From Promethearchaeota archaeon (GTDB lineage Archaea; Asgardarchaeota; Lokiarchaeia; Sigyniarchaeales; SOKP01): a stretch of DNA of 64,000 nucleotides. The notes beneath the pieces are model-generated. The model was not told the DNA's origin. It searched no databases and saw only the letters and a list, made by a program, of their open reading frames with translations. The position numbers and the translations under genes were made by a program. The stretch lies in contig JAHLWP010000001.1 of the NCBI GenBank assembly GCA_019057865.1, positions 1 through 64,000 of the forward strand, written 5' to 3'. How positions within the stretch are numbered: the stretch's first letter is position 1; each line of letters opens with the position of its first letter. Positions 34,746-43,020 of this stretch are shown piece by piece.

Positions 34746-35492
34746 TTGGAAAAAATGGAACAACAATATCAATTTATTAATGTTGAGAAAAAAGGTAAAA
34801 ATTCAATAATTAAGTTTAATCGCCCAGAAAAAAAGAATGCATTAAATGAAGCAATGAGAGCAGAAATAATTAATGCTTTAAATTCTCTTAAGGAAGAGAA
34901 AAGAGTTAAAGCAGTAATTTTTTATGGAGGGGAAGAATTTTTTTCTGCTGGATTTGACAGAGATGAAGTACTAGCCGTAGTTCAAGGAGAAGGGGATTAT
35001 CAGAAATTTATTGATTCCAATCATCTTTTTCATCAGACTATTTTTGAATTTCCTAAGTTACTAGTTGCTGCTGTGAATGGTTATGCTCTCGCAGGAGCTT
35101 TTGATCTTGCTGTTATTTGCCACATTCGGGTTGCTTCAAAAGGAGCTCTTTTTGGACACCCTGAGATAAGATTTGGAGCATGTCCACTCTTCTTTCCATA
35201 TATGACTTTAGTAGGTCGTGGTAAGGCACTTGAAATTACCCTAAATACAGGTACCAAAGAGACGTTTCTCAATGCTGAAGAGGCTTATAGATTAAATATC
35301 GTGAATAGATTAGTTGAGAAAGGAGAAGTATTAAATGAATCGATTAATCTGGCTAACCAAATCACTCAATCACCAGAATTTGTTGTAAAACAATTAATTC
35401 AAGTAAATAACATTTTCTTCGATCAAGTTAAAAAATTTGACACTGAAATAGATAGTATTGTTAAAAGTATGAGCTCGTTATTAGGGCTCTAA
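34746..35492 (+). CDS. Enoyl-CoA hydratase/isomerase
   Basis: FNRPEKKNALN, FSAGFD, AVNGYALAG, FGHPE. Confidence 0.9.
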   Translation: MEKMEQQYQFINVEKKGKNSIIKFNRPEKKNALNEAMRAEIINALNSLKEEKRVKAVIFYGGEEFFSAGFDRDEVLAVVQGEGDYQKFIDSNHLFHQTIFEFPKLLVAAVNGYALAGAFDLAVICHIRVASKGALFGHPEIRFGACPLFFPYMTLVGRGKALEITLNTGTKETFLNAEEAYRLNIVNRLVEKGEVLNESINLANQITQSPEFVVKQLIQVNNIFFDQVKKFDTEIDSIVKSMSSLLGL

Positions 35493-35548
35493 TTCTATTT
35501 TTTTGATTTAAAGCAATAAAATATCTTAATAGTAAATTGAGACGCTAA

Positions 35549-35568
35549 AACTATAACCTAAAATAAAA
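35549..35568. repeat. 20-bp direct repeat, left copy
   Basis: AACTATAACCTAAAATAAAA, identical to 36655-36674. Confidence 0.85.
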
Positions 35569-35628
35569 GAATTGTTAAAACCGTTAAAGTTAATAATTAA
35601 AAAATAAATAAAGTATAAGAGGATAAAA

Positions 35629-36579
35629 ATGGAACTTAAAGAAATAGCAAAGGATGTATATGCCTGCTTACAGGAGGATGGGGGACTTGGATGGAATAAC
35701 GCTGGGTTCGTGAATCTTGGTGGAGGGTTGGCTATTGATACCTTTTACGATTTGAACCGTACAGAGCAGATGATCGAGCTCTATAAAACGGTATCACCTA
35801 TACCAGCACGACGACTTGTGAACACCCATCACAATGGGGATCATACCTGGGGTAATCAGCTTTTCCAAGACTCTGAGATTATTGCACATCGCCTCTGCGC
35901 TGAAGAAATGGAAAAAGAAAAAAATCAAAATTTTCCTGGGTTATTCCAGAAATGGATACAAAATCCTGAGGCTTTTCCACCAGGAATTAAACAATTTGTA
36001 ATGGCATTAAGTCAGTTTGACTATTCGGGAATTGATCTTACGTTGCCAAATCATTTAATCGAAGATAGGTTTGATCTTGAACTTGATGGATACCATTGCC
36101 AACTTATTTATGTTGGCCCTGCACACACTTCCGGTGATCTAATCGTATATCTCCCTGAACATAAAGTCATCTTTGCTGGCGATATTGTCTTCTGGAAATG
36201 CACACCAATCGGTTGGGAAGGCACGCATGCTAAGTGGATTGAAGCATTAGATCTTGTGTTATCCTTTGAGCCCGAGGTTGTTGTGCCAGGGCATGGTCCT
36301 CTCTGTGGTGTCGATGAAGTCAAGGAGTTGCGTGCTTATTTCGAGTTTGTTTATTCTGAGGCCAAACGGTTTTTTAAAGAGGGACTTGATCCTCTCGAGG
36401 CATCTAAGAAGATCAATCTCGGACCTTATGCTGACTGGACCGAACCAGAGCGATTATTCTTTAATGTTAACAGGGCCTATCGAGAGTTCCGGAATGTAGA
36501 ACCCTGGGATGCACCCTTCAACGCATTAGATCTTTTCCGTAAATGCAATGAATTACGGATTCACTGGGATGGAATCTAA
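35629..36579 (+). CDS. MBL-fold metallo-hydrolase (cyclase-like)
   Basis: NTHHNGDHTWGN, AHT.GD, FAGD, VPGHG. Confidence 0.92.
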   Translation: MELKEIAKDVYACLQEDGGLGWNNAGFVNLGGGLAIDTFYDLNRTEQMIELYKTVSPIPARRLVNTHHNGDHTWGNQLFQDSEIIAHRLCAEEMEKEKNQNFPGLFQKWIQNPEAFPPGIKQFVMALSQFDYSGIDLTLPNHLIEDRFDLELDGYHCQLIYVGPAHTSGDLIVYLPEHKVIFAGDIVFWKCTPIGWEGTHAKWIEALDLVLSFEPEVVVPGHGPLCGVDEVKELRAYFEFVYSEAKRFFKEGLDPLEASKKINLGPYADWTEPERLFFNVNRAYREFRNVEPWDAPFNALDLFRKCNELRIHWDGI

Positions 36580-36654
36580 AGTAGTGAATTACTGATAGAT
36601 TTTAGATCTTGAACTAAAATCTCTTAAAATTCCTACAAAGGATATTATATCACG

Positions 36655-36674
36655 AACTATAACCTAAAATAAAA
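36655..36674. repeat. 20-bp direct repeat, right copy
   Basis: AACTATAACCTAAAATAAAA, identical to 35549-35568. Confidence 0.85.
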
Positions 36675-36689
36675 ATTGTAAAAAAAAAA

Positions 36690-37577
36690 TCAGAATTCAT
36701 AGCCGCACTTTTTACAAACGTGCTTCTTTGCGTACATTGGGATATGACCAACGTAGCTTAATACTTTGCTTTTATCCTCTACAGTTTTGATTTTATTCCC
36801 TACTGCCCCACACATTGGACAAGTTATACGTTCTTCGGAGGCGAATCCCCCTGCGCCAATATCTGGAGGTTTTAATTCATCTAATTCTGTTTCAACTTCA
36901 CTGAGTCGAGAAGTTTGTGCTTCTATTAATTTTTCTTTTTCACCCACAGACTCGGTGAGTTCCTGTAATTTAGTATCTTTCTGTAAAAGTAAATTATTTG
37001 CTTCAGTTAAATCTGAGTTTAATTTAGTGTTTTGTTCTTTTAATTCTTGATTTTCAGATGATATACGGCTAATATCTTCTTCATTAGCGGTGATCTTACT
37101 GTTAGCTTCATTTACTTGATTTTCTAAACTTGAAATTTTCTCTTTTGTAGCCTCTAGTACAGAGCTGATACTTGAAATCTTTTCTTCGGAAGATGAGGAT
37201 ACTTCTGATAATTCTGCTTCTCTTTCTTGTAAGAAACTTTCAATTTCATTTTTTTTAGTATTATTATCTGCTAACTCTTTTTTTGCAGCTTCTAATTTTG
37301 AACTTACATTGTTAATTGTATTCTCTCTCTCACTTGAAATTGTATTTGTTTGTTCAAGATTATTTTTAGTTTCTTCTAGAGAAGCTTGTGTTTGTTCAAG
37401 TTCTGCAGTGGTGGAACCTAATGTGTCATTAGTTGTAGTTAATTCAATTTTAGTCTCAGATAATTGTTTTTCTAAATCATTTACTTTAGCTCTTAAATCT
37501 AGTAAGACCTTACCCTCAACTTTTTGACTTTTATCGGGATGTTCTTCTGCTCTAGCCCAATCGATTGGCATATACAC
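36690..37577 (-). CDS. Long coiled-coil protein with a C-terminal Zn ribbon
   Basis: Heptad-rich middle; CPMCG...CKKCGYEF. Confidence 0.85.
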   Translation of the reverse strand: MYMPIDWARAEEHPDKSQKVEGKVLLDLRAKVNDLEKQLSETKIELTTTNDTLGSTTAELEQTQASLEETKNNLEQTNTISSERENTINNVSSKLEAAKKELADNNTKKNEIESFLQEREAELSEVSSSSEEKISSISSVLEATKEKISSLENQVNEANSKITANEEDISRISSENQELKEQNTKLNSDLTEANNLLLQKDTKLQELTESVGEKEKLIEAQTSRLSEVETELDELKPPDIGAGGFASEERITCPMCGAVGNKIKTVEDKSKVLSYVGHIPMYAKKHVCKKCGYEF

Positions 37578-37718
37578 TCACTATTCTTTTATATTTTAAT
37601 TTTTTTTAATGTTTAATGTTTTTATTAATATATAAATTATAGTGTATTAAGTTTTTAACTATTTTTTACTTTGAGATTTTGAAAACCATTATAGTTTTGA
37701 CCAATTAATATAACCTTA

Positions 37719-38612
37719 GTGAATTATTACCAAAATGTGAAATGTGAAATGGAGAGCAAAAATGAACTACCTTCAGAAGGTGATGTTATATCAACATCCG
37801 GTGTATTTAAAACCCCATTTACATTAATAATTTTAGTACAGTTGTTTATTGGAGGTTTGGTAATAGTAAGTACAAATCTGCTATGGAATCAATCTTATTT
37901 TGCACTTACAGGTCATTATTATTTCTCTTTTGAACCTATTAATGATTGGGTAAGATGGATTTTATTACCACCGAGTATTTATGGAAATATCTTTTTATTT
38001 TGGATCTCGGTAGTGTTATCATCAGCATTAATATATAAAATTTTAAATAAAATCTATCCACCACGAGAAGGTGTTTTTAAAAGAGGAAGTAAGGAGTGGA
38101 AATATACTCATCGAAGGTTTTGGACTGCCTATTTTCCTATTTGGCTCACACGGGCTTTACCATTACCTTGGATGGATATTGCAACCTATAGATTTTTTGG
38201 AGTTCACATTGGTAAGAATGTTGTAGCTTATGAGGGGTATATTGATCCTGAACTTGTAGATATTGGTAATTTTACGATGACTTCAATAAATATCTGTATT
38301 TTTTCACATTTAATTTACCAAGATAAAATAATAATTAAAAGAGTAAAGATTGGAAAAGCTTGTGTAGTAGGCCCTCACACAGTAATAAGTCCTGGCACAG
38401 TTATGCAAGATGGAGCTATCCTTGGAGTTAATAGTTATACAAATATAGGACAGGAATTAGAAGGAAATTTAATTCATGTTGGGACTCCAGTAAGTATGAC
38501 CTTACCAATTCAATCCCTTGAAGAATCTCAAGAAAAGGCTAAAAAAATTAGAGAGGGAACTGGTGATAAACAACTTGATGGAGAAATAGAAAGTAAAAAT
38601 GGAGGCAAATAA
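37719..38612 (+). CDS. Membrane protein with a left-handed beta-helix (acyltransferase-like) domain
   Basis: Two TM segments, PREGVF, FGVHIGKN and hexapeptide repeats. Confidence 0.8.
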   Translation: MNYYQNVKCEMESKNELPSEGDVISTSGVFKTPFTLIILVQLFIGGLVIVSTNLLWNQSYFALTGHYYFSFEPINDWVRWILLPPSIYGNIFLFWISVVLSSALIYKILNKIYPPREGVFKRGSKEWKYTHRRFWTAYFPIWLTRALPLPWMDIATYRFFGVHIGKNVVAYEGYIDPELVDIGNFTMTSINICIFSHLIYQDKIIIKRVKIGKACVVGPHTVISPGTVMQDGAILGVNSYTNIGQELEGNLIHVGTPVSMTLPIQSLEESQEKAKKIREGTGDKQLDGEIESKNGGK

Positions 38613-38618
38613 GAATAA

Positions 38619-38644
38619 ATGTTTCAACCAGCGAGCTTAAAAGG
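38619..38644 (+). pseudogene. Displaced original 5' end (MFQPASLKG) of the gene that now starts at 42277
   Basis: ATG 6 nt after the upstream stop; 8/9 aa identical to 42277-42303; the frame stops at 38664-38666 inside the insert. Confidence 0.8.
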
Positions 38645-38647
38645 CAT

Positions 38648-41467
38648 TTATAAAGATCTAAAATAATCTCTAAAATGATATATTAGAGATATAGCTTCTT
38701 TCCCCATTTTATTTAAATAATATTTAGTAGGATTACTTTTGGTACCACTTTTGGTATTGATATATCGTGTAATTACATCCTTTCTTCTGTAAAAATAATT
38801 ACTTATGCTTGATGTAGTTATTCCCTTAAACCTTGATAGCTTATATAATGTTACATCATCCTCATTCTTTGAAATCTCATTTATAGCTGTTAAATATCTT
38901 TCAATACTACCTGTTGATTTAAAGCCTTTTTCTAAAGGTTCTTCAACTATAGATTTGTTATTATGAATAAGTTTGAAATTTCGATAGATAGAGTCAAAAT
39001 CCTCTTTAATTCTTCTCACTAGTTTTTTATCTTCATAAATTTCATTTAATAAATGAAGTTTCTTATAGTGGATAACTGAATGACAATTTGAACACAAATA
39101 ACCTCCTTTTTCTCGTTCCAGAATTGCTACGATTTCTGAACAGGAATATTGACCATAAAGATCTGATGCATTAACATTTTTTATGTTATCATCTGCATGA
39201 TTAAAATGAAATGCAGGAAGATGTTTTTTAGTTTGAAACTCCATACAAGTAGGACAATAGTTCCCAAAAAAATGTTCAATAATGAATCTCTTTTTTAAAT
39301 ATTTTATAATATTACCCCTAACTCTCTTTTTATCTATTTTTGTCCAATTTTTAGTTAATGGGAAATTTTCCACAGAGACTTTAATAAGAATGTGAATTAG
39401 TTCTACGGGTAAGGACAAAATTTCTTCCCAAGTAATTAAATAAGAGAAGTAGTTAAAGTAACGATCGTGTAGAATATGGTGATGATTCCTACAGATCAAC
39501 TTTACATCTTCTAATTCCACTATTCTTACAATTTCTTCCAAAACATTTGGATCAGATCGATTCTTAGTAAAAAGATTATATAACGCTCCCGCTGTAAATT
39601 GAGTTTCCTTTTTATCGGAATCGTGATGGAATTCTAAAGCATCAAGTCTAGTAATATCCGTATTTAAAACAAATCGTTCTTTTAGACATTCGGGACATTT
39701 AAGCTTTCCAGTTTTAAAATACTTCCCGTTATAAATATTTTTCATAACGAATACTTTTAACTTATTACCAACGATTTTTTCATAATCTTCATGTCTATAT
39801 TCATTTCCCCCATCAAAAAGCCCTTGAGAATTTGAACGAATTTGGAAAAAATCAGGATATTTTTCTTTAAGATAATCATATATTTCAATTACATTGTAAT
39901 AGAATTTCTTAGGGGTTTGAAGAAAGTTTACATCTTTTTCTTCCAAGAGAAAATCAACTACGTATTTAACTATCAGATGAGCCCGTATTCTTTTATGAAT
40001 CCTGCTTGAATTAATCAAATGTTTGACAACTTCTACCAAATCAGAAAGAAATTTGATAAAAGTATCATAATATTGATCTAATATTGTTCGAAGTACATCA
40101 AAATCATTTTGTGATAAATCTTTGGGAAGATCAATATTCATGATAATATTATCTCTTATTCTATCAACAATTTCTGATGTTAAAACCTCTTTATCCTTGA
40201 CTACGCTAAATATATATGCTGAAATAATATTTCTTATTCTGTTGAATCCAGGATATGAAGAAAATCGAAATTCAATTCTTGGATATAAATGCTCGAAGTA
40301 TTTTTTATAGTAACTAGAGATATCGCTAGGTGATTTTATTTCTACTGAAGCTAGTTTAGCGATCCCTTTTCTAGTGATTTTCGGCATGTTTTTGTTTGAT
40401 AAAGCTACAGTATAAACAATAATTGCAGCAATCTTCTCCGTATTTGCATTTTTTGGGATTGTAAATTCATTACTTTTAGCTCGTGAAATAAAGTTTTCTA
40501 ATATCTCGATTGCTATTGAGTTAATTAGTTCTTTTTGACGCTGTGTGCATTCAATTAAATTAATCAAATTTTTTAGATGATTTGTAACTTTTTGTTTAAA
40601 ATTAGGGATGATGAGAGGTTTTTCATTTCTAAGAATCAATTTATCTATTATTGATTGAACATCTTTAATTATTAATTCTTCACTTAATCCAGCCTCTAAA
40701 AACTCATAATAAGCTGAAAAAAGCTCAAAAGCAGATATGCCTTTTATCACAATTGAGGGTGATTTTCCCAATAATAAGGTACAAGTTCCTGCATGAAGAA
40801 TCTTGTCATAATGCTTTTTGATTGTTAAAAGAGATTCATTAGAGGTTTTGTTCAATTGTTTAATATCATTCAAATGTCCTTTTAACCATTCTTTTAGAAC
40901 AGAGATTAATTTATCAGAAAATGGTGGAAACTCATGAATAGAGAATATTTGTGTTTTTTCTCGGAGTATTTGAAGGAAGTTAGTATATTCATCCGCAATC
41001 TTTTTTAATCCTAACTGCAACATTCTGTAGTTTTTCTTTGTATTTACTTCAGATAATACTAATTTTCTTTGTTTTCTACTTAACATTTTCATATACCCCC
41101 TTGATAATCCATCCATATATTTAGAAATGACTTGAGCACCCCTTCCAATAGAATTAGAATACATCCAACTATTTATAAAAGCCGATGCTTCATTGGGCAC
41201 AAATCCTTTAATTTTATCAATCAAATTTTTAGGGGGAAGGCTAGATTTATCAAAGAGACATGCGTTTACAGCTTGGATGAAATTTCCGATAAATTCATCA
41301 ACAAAAACCAAACTAATATTGTGTTTTGAACATTTTGGATACTTTCGAAATCCGAAGACCCCTAATTTCAGAGGTTTTACCTTTTTTAGATGCGTGCATC
41401 CAAAATAAGGACAAATGGCTATTCTTTCTTCTTTTATTGATTTTCTACTTACTTTACTTTCAATCAT
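38648..41467 (-). CDS. Multidomain putative endonuclease: N-terminal Zn finger, TFB/cyclin-like helical domain, tandem HNH-like domains, C-terminal wHTH
   Basis: CPYFGC...CSKH; AIEIL...IAAIIVY......IT..GIAKL; CPEC...LEFHH...ICRNHH and CPTC...FHFNH...LCSNCH; YYLNKMG wing. Confidence 0.75.
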   Translation of the reverse strand: MIESKVSRKSIKEERIAICPYFGCTHLKKVKPLKLGVFGFRKYPKCSKHNISLVFVDEFIGNFIQAVNACLFDKSSLPPKNLIDKIKGFVPNEASAFINSWMYSNSIGRGAQVISKYMDGLSRGYMKMLSRKQRKLVLSEVNTKKNYRMLQLGLKKIADEYTNFLQILREKTQIFSIHEFPPFSDKLISVLKEWLKGHLNDIKQLNKTSNESLLTIKKHYDKILHAGTCTLLLGKSPSIVIKGISAFELFSAYYEFLEAGLSEELIIKDVQSIIDKLILRNEKPLIIPNFKQKVTNHLKNLINLIECTQRQKELINSIAIEILENFISRAKSNEFTIPKNANTEKIAAIIVYTVALSNKNMPKITRKGIAKLASVEIKSPSDISSYYKKYFEHLYPRIEFRFSSYPGFNRIRNIISAYIFSVVKDKEVLTSEIVDRIRDNIIMNIDLPKDLSQNDFDVLRTILDQYYDTFIKFLSDLVEVVKHLINSSRIHKRIRAHLIVKYVVDFLLEEKDVNFLQTPKKFYYNVIEIYDYLKEKYPDFFQIRSNSQGLFDGGNEYRHEDYEKIVGNKLKVFVMKNIYNGKYFKTGKLKCPECLKERFVLNTDITRLDALEFHHDSDKKETQFTAGALYNLFTKNRSDPNVLEEIVRIVELEDVKLICRNHHHILHDRYFNYFSYLITWEEILSLPVELIHILIKVSVENFPLTKNWTKIDKKRVRGNIIKYLKKRFIIEHFFGNYCPTCMEFQTKKHLPAFHFNHADDNIKNVNASDLYGQYSCSEIVAILEREKGGYLCSNCHSVIHYKKLHLLNEIYEDKKLVRRIKEDFDSIYRNFKLIHNNKSIVEEPLEKGFKSTGSIERYLTAINEISKNEDDVTLYKLSRFKGITTSSISNYFYRRKDVITRYINTKSGTKSNPTKYYLNKMGKEAISLIYHFRDYFRSL

Positions 41468-42141
41468 TCAGTAATTTTCACCATTCTCTTCTTTTTCTTT
41501 TTTATTTTTTTATCTTCCATTTGTATTAGATTCGAAATTTCTCCTTCTAATTGTAAATAATTCAGTTTTAATTCAAGATAAAAATCTGAAAATGAAGAAA
41601 AAAATACTGATTCACAGCTACATAATAGACCTGCAATCTGAATTATTACATTTAATAAGCGAGGATGCCGATGTATTTCAAGTTCTGAGAGAATATGAAG
41701 AACCCTCCATATTTTTTTACTTAGATTCCTTATCTCTTTCAAATGTTTTTTATCAATTTCGAGTTGTTTGTTTTTAACATTTTCCATTAGTTTTATTATC
41801 ATTTCTGCGATTTTTCCATCAACAATTCCAATCTTTTTTGATAGAGTAGTGTACTGAGAAAATAACGATGTAAGCTCTCTTTCCCATTTTTTAATAGGAT
41901 TTGGTGCTCCAATAGGTTTTGTTCTATTAGATTCAGATCTACTAGATTTTGAGAATCTCATGCGTATAATCTCACATTTAAAATTCAAAAAAGAGCGTAA
42001 TTGCCTTGAAAGTTCATTGATTCGTTCAGATCCCTCCAGAGAGTACCAGTCAAGAAATTCTGAGCTTTCCCCATTTCCTAATAAAAAAAGATTATCAGAA
42101 ATATCATAGATATCTATCAAATCATCAGTATGATTTGTCAT
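41464..42141 (-). CDS. Hypothetical helical protein coupled to the HNH gene
   Basis: 225-aa ORF with a 4-nt ATGA stop/start overlap; TTTAAATA box 22-29 nt upstream. Confidence 0.7.
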   Translation of the reverse strand: MTNHTDDLIDIYDISDNLFLLGNGESSEFLDWYSLEGSERINELSRQLRSFLNFKCEIIRMRFSKSSRSESNRTKPIGAPNPIKKWERELTSLFSQYTTLSKKIGIVDGKIAEMIIKLMENVKNKQLEIDKKHLKEIRNLSKKIWRVLHILSELEIHRHPRLLNVIIQIAGLLCSCESVFFSSFSDFYLELKLNYLQLEGEISNLIQMEDKKIKKKKKRMVKITE

Positions 42142-42230
42142 AAAAATAAATATTTCTCGTTATATTTAAATAAAAAAAAAGCATTCATTTTCTGATTTAT
42201 AATTCCAATAAATTTTTACTTGAGAATCAC

Positions 42231-42238
42231 TTATATAA
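42231..42238 (+). promoter_or_regulatory. Putative outward-facing TATA box for the restored host gene
   Basis: TTATATAA about 40 nt upstream of ATG 42277. Confidence 0.45.
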
Positions 42239-42276
42239 TCTTTAAAATAATTGTTTCATAATTCCATGTGATTTTA

Positions 42277-43014
42277 ATGTTTTCTCCTGCTAGTTTAAAA
42301 GGTGAATCGCCAGTTCCTATCGATGAAAGAATTCGCAAAAAATATTTTATTCTTTATTTGGTAATCATTATTCTTAGTTTTATTCCTTGTTCATTATTTG
42401 AGTATTTTTATTTCATATCTTTATGGAAAGAACAATTTTACATAATTTTTCTTTTGTTATTGCCTTTTAATATATTTATTTTAATTTATATCCTCCAATT
42501 AAGTGCGATTTTATTTTCATCGTTATTTTTAACATTAATTAAGATTATATACTCACCGAAAGAGGGTGTTTTTAGACGCAACATTGAAGATAAGGATTAT
42601 CTTTACTGGAATTTAAGAAATATTGTGAAAAAATGGCCGTTGTTTATTACAGCTTCAAATCCTTTTCCTTGGCTAAAAAATCGTTTTACATTGAGGTTAT
42701 TTGGAGTGAAAATTGGAAAAAAATGTATATGCGATAATGCCTGGATTTCTTCGGAGTTTGTAACAATTGGTAAAAATGTTATTATTGGTATGAATTCAAC
42801 AGTCATTACTTTCGGGATTGAAAAAGATAATTTTATTCTTAAAAAAATTATTATTGAAGATGATGCACTAATAGGAGCTAAATGTGTGTTATTACCTGGT
42901 ACATTAATTAAAAAGAATGCTAAATTATCAGCACATTCCTATACAAATTATGATGATATTTTAGAAGAAAATTTAATTTATGCTGGTCATCCTGCAAAAT
43001 TAAAGAAAAAATAA
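42277..43014 (+). CDS. Membrane protein with a left-handed beta-helix (acyltransferase-like) domain; paralog of 37719..38612
   Basis: PKEGVF, FGVKIGKK, hexapeptide repeats, YAGHPAK; ATG 42277 is supported by the duplicated start. Confidence 0.82.
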   Translation: MFSPASLKGESPVPIDERIRKKYFILYLVIIILSFIPCSLFEYFYFISLWKEQFYIIFLLLLPFNIFILIYILQLSAILFSSLFLTLIKIIYSPKEGVFRRNIEDKDYLYWNLRNIVKKWPLFITASNPFPWLKNRFTLRLFGVKIGKKCICDNAWISSEFVTIGKNVIIGMNSTVITFGIEKDNFILKKIIIEDDALIGAKCVLLPGTLIKKNAKLSAHSYTNYDDILEENLIYAGHPAKLKKK

Positions 43015-43020
43015 AGGATT

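Larger units (their letters stand above)
38645..42302 (-). mobile_element. Putative inserted two-gene tandem-HNH element carrying a recoded replacement 5' end of its target gene
   Basis: Antisense insert within a co-oriented gene run; TTAAAAGG at both junctions (38637-38644, 42295-42302) inside a codon-level duplicated gene start. Confidence 0.75.

Noticed and set aside
37661-37676. Similarity of ATTTTTTACTTTGAGA to 42212-42225 (shared promoter motif)
   Set aside because: Short, gapped and T-rich; plausible by chance at this AT content
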